Source: a virus. Taken from it: a stretch of 21,781 nt of DNA. The notes below the pieces were generated by a model. The model was not told the origin of the DNA. It did not search any database and saw only the letters and a program-made list of their open reading frames with translations. Position numbers and translations under genes: made by a program. How positions within the stretch are numbered: the first letter of the stretch is position 1; each line of letters begins with the position of its first letter. Shown one piece after another: positions 17,188-21,781 of this stretch. Location: the UHGV virus genome UHGV-1963057, one strand, 5' to 3'.

Positions 17188-17507
17188 TCGTCCTTCTCCT
17201 TCACCCTGCGATTAAAGGCCGCAATAACCTTGTCGCGTGCTTTCTCTGCCCCCATAAAACCGATTGATGCGCCGATAAACGTCACGGCATCTTCAGGAAA
17301 ACCGAAGAAGCGCAACGACCCGGCCACGGCCATGGCAAGAACGCCGCACGCCAGCGATCCCGTTACGGTCTGAACCAGTGTTCGTCCGTCATAAAGACTC
17401 ATCAGCGCGGAAATGCTGACCGCCGCGCCTACTGCATACACCGTTGGCAGGTGGTCAAAGAGCCATGCAATAACCTGCTCTGTGATCCCTGTTTGAATGG
17501 TGCTCAC
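17184..17507 (-). CDS. Holin (three predicted transmembrane segments, charged C-terminus), GTG start
   Basis: Three hydrophobic stretches followed by ...EKARDKVIAAFNRRVKEKDE. GTG at 17507 is preceded by GGGGGAG. Stop overlaps the endolysin start. The listed ORF extends upstream to 17726 across gene X and is not credible. Confidence 0.6.
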   Translation of the reverse strand: MSTIQTGITEQVIAWLFDHLPTVYAVGAAVSISALMSLYDGRTLVQTVTGSLACGVLAMAVAGSLRFFGFPEDAVTFIGASIGFMGAEKARDKVIAAFNRRVKEKDE

Positions 17508-17509
17508 TG

Positions 17510-17710
17510 CTACTCCCCCCACAACGGAATCATTTCTCGTTTCTTCTTCTCCGGCTCCGGCATCTCCACTTCCTGCCCGGCGTCCAGAAATACCTGCTGA
17601 CAGAGTCCGGGGTTGGCATCCAGCACCTTTTCGGTGACGCCCTGCGTCGTGCCGTAGTACCGGAAACAGAGCGAATCCACGGTGTCGCCTTCCAGTGCCT
17701 TTACTTTCAT
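17510..17710 (-). CDS. X: Tail protein X
   Basis: 66 aa from MKVKALEGDTVDSLCFRYYG..., matching the size and position of P2 gpX. Confidence 0.8.
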   Translation of the reverse strand: MKVKALEGDTVDSLCFRYYGTTQGVTEKVLDANPGLCQQVFLDAGQEVEMPEPEKKKREMIPLWGE

Positions 17711-18204
17711 CAGCACAACTCCGCAAAGATTCGCGGACGGCACAGAATGTCAGAGATGGCCCAGCTCACATCACGCCACAAATCCGATGTCTGTATATCC
17801 AGTGCGTCCGCCCGGCGGTCGCCCTTGTCCGTTGTGTCCGCATCGCGGTAACGCTCCAGAATCAGGGCGCGTGTGGCGGTGTAAACCGCATTGCGCCAGT
17901 GCCAGAGATTGACACTTTCTCCGTTAATTACGGGTGCCGGAACATCGGCCAGCGTCTGATGGCCAGCCGCCTGCTGTTCCTGCTGCCATGCTTCCAGCTC
18001 GCGGGTAACATGTGCCACAGCCCCGGTGGCGGTATGCAGCAGACGGGAGGTGGTCACACGGCCCGGCAGTCGTACCGCCAGACGCAGCTCACGCAGCACA
18101 ATATCCGGCCAGAATGCACCCGCTGAAATACGGGTATCACCATCATCGGTATCGGTGATGTCGTCCTCTGCGGGGCCGGGGTTGGTTCTGGCAACCATAC
18201 TCAT
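17710..18204 (-). CDS. L: Head completion/stabilisation protein L
   Basis: Position after M. ATG 18204 is preceded by AGGAG with 8-nt spacing; the listed ORF starts at GTG 18213. Confidence 0.85.
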   Translation of the reverse strand: MSMVARTNPGPAEDDITDTDDGDTRISAGAFWPDIVLRELRLAVRLPGRVTTSRLLHTATGAVAHVTRELEAWQQEQQAAGHQTLADVPAPVINGESVNLWHWRNAVYTATRALILERYRDADTTDKGDRRADALDIQTSDLWRDVSWAISDILCRPRIFAELC

Positions 18205-18306
18205 GGGGTTCACTCCTGAAAAAAATCGGGCGGTGGGTGCGCGGTGTAAACGGTCACGGAGTCAAACCGGAACACCGCGCACGCCGCCCGCTGACGGGGT
18301 CAGTCG

Positions 18307-19107
18307 TTAACCGCGCTTCGCCTTCTGCGTCGCGGTGGTTTTTCGTGTTGCAGGCTTCCGCGTTGTCTTTTTACTTTTGCTGCTTTCGTCCTGCGCCTGC
18401 TGTGCGCTGGCGTCTTCTGGTTCGGCTGCGGAATCGGCTTTTTTCAGGGCGCGGGAAAGGGTTGCAATCTCGCGTTTCACACCTGCATTCGGGTTCAGGT
18501 GCATTGCTTCGCGCAGCAGCTTCAGTGACAGGGCCATGCTGTCCGCATCACTCAGGCCACGACGGGCAAAGGCGCACGCCTTGCATAATTTGGCGCGCAC
18601 TTCGTCCGGCATGTCCTGGTCGGTGACAATCTCCCGGAGGGTATCCAGTGGTTCGATAAAGGCGGACAAATCCGCGTCGGCATCCGTCCCGGCCTGCGTC
18701 AGTACCGGGTTGCAGATTTCTTCGGTCAGCACTGTGGCAGCAGTACGGCCAAAGTTATCCGGCATAATGAGGTTATGACGGACCACATACGCACCAATAC
18801 GCAACGCCAGCGGAAGATCGCCGCAGTCAATCGCCCACACCATCAGCGTGGCAATCACTTCATCCTGCTGCCCGCCGTCAGCCTCCAGCGTTCCCTCAAT
18901 CCAGCCGGAAAAGTCCGGCAACAACTCTTTTTTGATGGCGGCTTTCGCGCTTCTGGCCTGTACGCCCTTAAGCCGGGCCTGTGCCAGACGCAGACGATAC
19001 AGCACCTCTTCATGCGCGGTACGCGCGGCGTGGTCCACGCCTTCGTTCGCCCGGCCTGCGCGCTGTGCCATCACGTTCTGCCAGTGTTGCTGTGCAGGAG
19101 TAATCAT
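18307..19107 (-). CDS. M: Terminase endonuclease (small) subunit M
   Basis: 266 aa; position between N and L; GGAGAG upstream of the ATG; Lys/Thr-rich C-terminal tail. Confidence 0.85.
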   Translation of the reverse strand: MITPAQQHWQNVMAQRAGRANEGVDHAARTAHEEVLYRLRLAQARLKGVQARSAKAAIKKELLPDFSGWIEGTLEADGGQQDEVIATLMVWAIDCGDLPLALRIGAYVVRHNLIMPDNFGRTAATVLTEEICNPVLTQAGTDADADLSAFIEPLDTLREIVTDQDMPDEVRAKLCKACAFARRGLSDADSMALSLKLLREAMHLNPNAGVKREIATLSRALKKADSAAEPEDASAQQAQDESSKSKKTTRKPATRKTTATQKAKRG

Positions 19108-19152
19108 TTTTTCTCTCCGTTACAGGCGGGCATGATGCCCGCTGTGAGTTGA

Positions 19153-20205
19153 TTAGCTGTCGGCGAACTTCAGGCCAGTGACCATCGCGCACTTGCCATA
19201 GTCTTCAACGACATAAGCGTCATTGATGGACTGGTAGGTGGCGATGCGGTTGTATTCCGGTTCGTCTTTCATCAGACGACGCATTGAACCTTTCTGCCAG
19301 TAAATCGACAGGTTGTTGAACGAGGTGATCAGCATCGTTGCATCCGGGAAGAACGGCGCAAGGAACACACCCAGCCCGCCAATGGTGCGCGATGACAGGA
19401 TGAGCTGTCCGGCGAGTAATTCCGCATTGGGATTCTGGCCGCTGATGCTGTTCAGCACGGGCAGACGCAGCGAGTTAAACAGGTTGCGCCCCATAATCAC
19501 CACGAGGTCGTCAGCTTCCTTGTGCCATTCATCCAGCAGGGATGAGCGTGCGTCCTGAACCAGTGCATCAGCGTTCGCATACTCACCCGCGTGCGCCACG
19601 GTGTTGTCCATGTTGCGGGAGGTCAGCGTCACGTCATTCATTACGCGCGCGCTGGCATTGGTTCTGATGTGCTCCAGCCACCCCACGTTAACGTCCTGAA
19701 GCAGCTTGTTGGTGCTGAAGTTGGATTTTTCCGCGTGTGACGTGCCGTTAAAGCCGATCATGATGCGGTCAAGCGCCACCTGTCGGGCAATCTGTGCGCT
19801 GATGCGGGTCTGGAAGTCATTGTGCGCCGCCCAGGCATCAAGCTGCGGATACGAAATAAACGTGTCGTAGTTCACCTGCTCACACTGGTACTGACGGGAC
19901 TTCAGGTCGACAGCGTTAATCGGGTTGCGGCGATCTGTGCCGTCATAACTGGTATTTGTGCGCGCAATCGGCCCGGTGGTGTCCATGAGGACTTTTTCGC
20001 CTTTCTGGTCGGTCACACCGATCACGTTAATTTTTTTTGTAAGTTCGGTGCTATCCTTTGAGGCGTTTTCAAAACGCTGCTGCACCGAGGGTTCCACGGT
20101 AAATCGCGATACCAGCCCAGAAACCGGGATATTGTTAATCGACGCCTGTCGCGTCATGTAGCAGCCCAGCTTGTTACGGGCATTATCTGACATCACCAGA
20201 TTCAT
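19153..20205 (-). CDS. N: Major capsid protein N
   Basis: 350 aa; size and position match P2 gpN; AAGGAG upstream of the ATG. Confidence 0.9.
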   Translation of the reverse strand: MNLVMSDNARNKLGCYMTRQASINNIPVSGLVSRFTVEPSVQQRFENASKDSTELTKKINVIGVTDQKGEKVLMDTTGPIARTNTSYDGTDRRNPINAVDLKSRQYQCEQVNYDTFISYPQLDAWAAHNDFQTRISAQIARQVALDRIMIGFNGTSHAEKSNFSTNKLLQDVNVGWLEHIRTNASARVMNDVTLTSRNMDNTVAHAGEYANADALVQDARSSLLDEWHKEADDLVVIMGRNLFNSLRLPVLNSISGQNPNAELLAGQLILSSRTIGGLGVFLAPFFPDATMLITSFNNLSIYWQKGSMRRLMKDEPEYNRIATYQSINDAYVVEDYGKCAMVTGLKFADS

Positions 20206-20228
20206 AAAAAATTTGCTCCTTTGTCTTA

Positions 20229-21065
20229 TCAGAAGTCAGCCAGCTGGTCGGAGGCTGCGCCCGTTGCGGTGAACCGGTTCTGCGGATCGCCGTCCTGCGT
20301 GCGCAGCTTTTCCTTCAGTGCTGTCAGCTCTGTGGTCAGCGAAGTGATTTTCTGGCTGTCCTGCTGATGGCGGGTTTCCAGTGCATTAAAGCGGTCGATA
20401 ATATCGGCCTGTGACGTTGCGACACCTTCCACCGCTTCCTGAATACGGGAGAAACTGGCGTCATCCGCTTTGCGGCCACGGCCAATAATCCCCATAACGC
20501 GGTTAAACCACTGGGTGCCTTCTTCCTGACGTTGTTCGGTGAGTTCGATAAGTTCTGACTCCATAGCGGCGGTGAACATCGCCACGTCTCCCTGCTGACA
20601 GTTGAATGTCATCAGTTGCATACGTTGTTGTGCCGCAAAGGCCAGACGTTCCGTGCCCAGGCTGGCGGGGGTGTCGGTCATTGCCAGCCCGCGCAGGTAA
20701 GGGCCTCCCGTGATGGTTGACTGTGGTTCCAGCTCAATACTGGAGTAAATTTTTTTACCATCGTTAAGCAGGGACATCATGCGAGCGGTCGGCTCAATTT
20801 CGGCATACAGTGCCGTGCGGCCTGCCAGCGGGCCATCGGTTATGTCTTCGGTGCTCAACCCCACAACATCGCCCATAGCGGAAAACTCGCTACCGGGGAG
20901 TGGTGACAGGATGTGCTCAATATTCACACGTGCACCATAAACGGACGGGTTATAACTGGTGGCGGCAGCTTTCAGCATGTCGCCGTTGATTTCGCGCCCG
21001 TCTGCCGTCACACCGGAGACAGCCACGCGAAACTTTTTGCGGGATGTCTTTTTTTCATTAGTCAT
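20229..21065 (-). CDS. O: Capsid scaffolding protein O
   Basis: Start chosen at ATG 21065 (MTNEKK..., GAGGGG upstream); the listed ORF begins at 21098 with no RBS. Gln/Glu-rich coiled-coil C-terminus typical of scaffolds. Confidence 0.85.
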   Translation of the reverse strand: MTNEKKTSRKKFRVAVSGVTADGREINGDMLKAAATSYNPSVYGARVNIEHILSPLPGSEFSAMGDVVGLSTEDITDGPLAGRTALYAEIEPTARMMSLLNDGKKIYSSIELEPQSTITGGPYLRGLAMTDTPASLGTERLAFAAQQRMQLMTFNCQQGDVAMFTAAMESELIELTEQRQEEGTQWFNRVMGIIGRGRKADDASFSRIQEAVEGVATSQADIIDRFNALETRHQQDSQKITSLTTELTALKEKLRTQDGDPQNRFTATGAASDQLADF

Positions 21066-21219
21066 AGTTTTTGCCCCTCTGACTGGTTCTTCAGTCATGA
21101 TGGCAAAGCGTAACAGGCTGATACAAAGGGCTTTTGTTGTAAGAAAACAGTCAGAACAGGGGGTTAAGGAGAACGGTTTCGCGCGCGGGTAATCTTCCTG
21201 TAATTACTCAGGGGGAGCA

Positions 21220-21666
21220 ATGATTCAGGACGCTTTTGTGCGCCAGCGTGCGCGGCAACTTTACTGGCAGGGTTATCCGCCCGCAGAAATATCACGTCTG
21301 ATGGGAATAAACCCGAACACGATTTATGCGTGGAAAAAACGCGACCAGTGGGATGAAACGCCACCCGTGCAGCGTGTCACGCAGTCCATCGATGCGCGCC
21401 TCATCCAGCTTACTGAAAAACAGAATAAAACAGGTGGTGACTTCAAGGAAATAGACCTGCTGACCCGGCAGCTTAAAAAGCTGCATGATGGCCAGCCGGA
21501 TGTGATGGCCGCAGGAAAGAAAGGCCGGGCGAAAAAACTCAAAAATCATTTCACGCCGGAACAGATTGCCGCACTGCGGGAAAAAATCATCAGCAGGCTG
21601 GAGTGGCATCAGCGGGGCTGGTTTGACTCCCTGACCCTTTGCCTGTCTCTTGATCAGATCTCCTGA
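21220..21666 (+). pseudogene. P: Terminase ATPase (large) subunit P, N-terminal ~141 codons only; reading frame runs into an IS end and stops
   Basis: Divergent from O as in P2. N-terminal HTH region ARQLYWQGYPPAEISRLMGINPNTIYAWKKRDQWDE is typical of gpP-type terminases. A full gene would be about 590 codons; here the frame terminates at 21664-21666, just after the IS terminus at 21643. Confidence 0.6.
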
Positions 21667-21781
21667 TCAAGAGACTTCATCACCAGGTAACCCTCAACCA
21701 TATCCTGAAGTCTGAACCAGCCATCCCACATGACTACCCAACCGGGGCGACCGGTGCGTTTGCTGTCATGCCATCGCCCCA
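21643..21781 (-). mobile_element. End of an IS50-like (IS4-family) insertion sequence with the 3' end of its transposase gene; the element extends beyond the window
   Basis: 21643-21661 reads CTGTCTCTTGATCAGATCT, identical to the IS50 inside end as I recall it (two GATC Dam sites). The minus strand, open from the window edge to TGA at 21654-21656, translates ...WHDSKRTGRPGWVVMWDGWFRLQDMVEGYLVMKSLDQEI*, resembling the Tn5 transposase C-terminus (...DSKRTG...) but not identical. Confidence 0.7.

Noticed and set aside
17184-17726. 180-aa ORF covering the holin and reading across gene X
   Set aside because: The N-terminal 73 residues are Arg/Gly-rich, overlap gpX in another frame and have no RBS. 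The hydrophobic holin begins at GTG 17507 with a strong RBS.
21066-21219. Ogr-type late promoter motif (TGT-N12-ACA) in the O/P divergent region and upstream of FI
   Set aside because: I looked for the dyad by eye and could not place it at the correct spacing. Late promoters are probably present, but I cannot support coordinates.
1-21781. CRISPR arrays, tRNA or rRNA genes
   Set aside because: No regularly spaced direct repeats and no tRNA-like T-loop/acceptor pattern seen anywhere in the window.

Overview
This window is the late (structural and lysis) region of a P2-like myovirus prophage from an enterobacterial host, and it looks defective. From the right end leftwards on the minus strand it carries O, N, M, L, X, a holin / endolysin / LysB / LysC lysis cassette, R, S, V, W, J, I, H and G. 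Next comes a Hin/Gin-family invertase with a ~2 kb invertible tail-fibre segment whose two crossover sites can be read directly. The FI-FII-E/E'-T-U tail operon follows, but on the plus strand, i.e. inverted relative to canonical P2 order. Then come D (minus), an AT-rich cargo gene (plus, 389 aa, DUF3800-like by motif recollection) inserted between D and ogr, and ogr itself (minus). The terminase ATPase gene P at the right edge is cut off after about 141 codons by the end of an IS50-like (IS4-family) element, and the left edge carries the 3' end of a DDE transposase-like gene. The cargo gene between D and ogr is the best candidate for an undescribed accessory or defence function. All protein identifications are from reading the translations against remembered family features; no database search was run.
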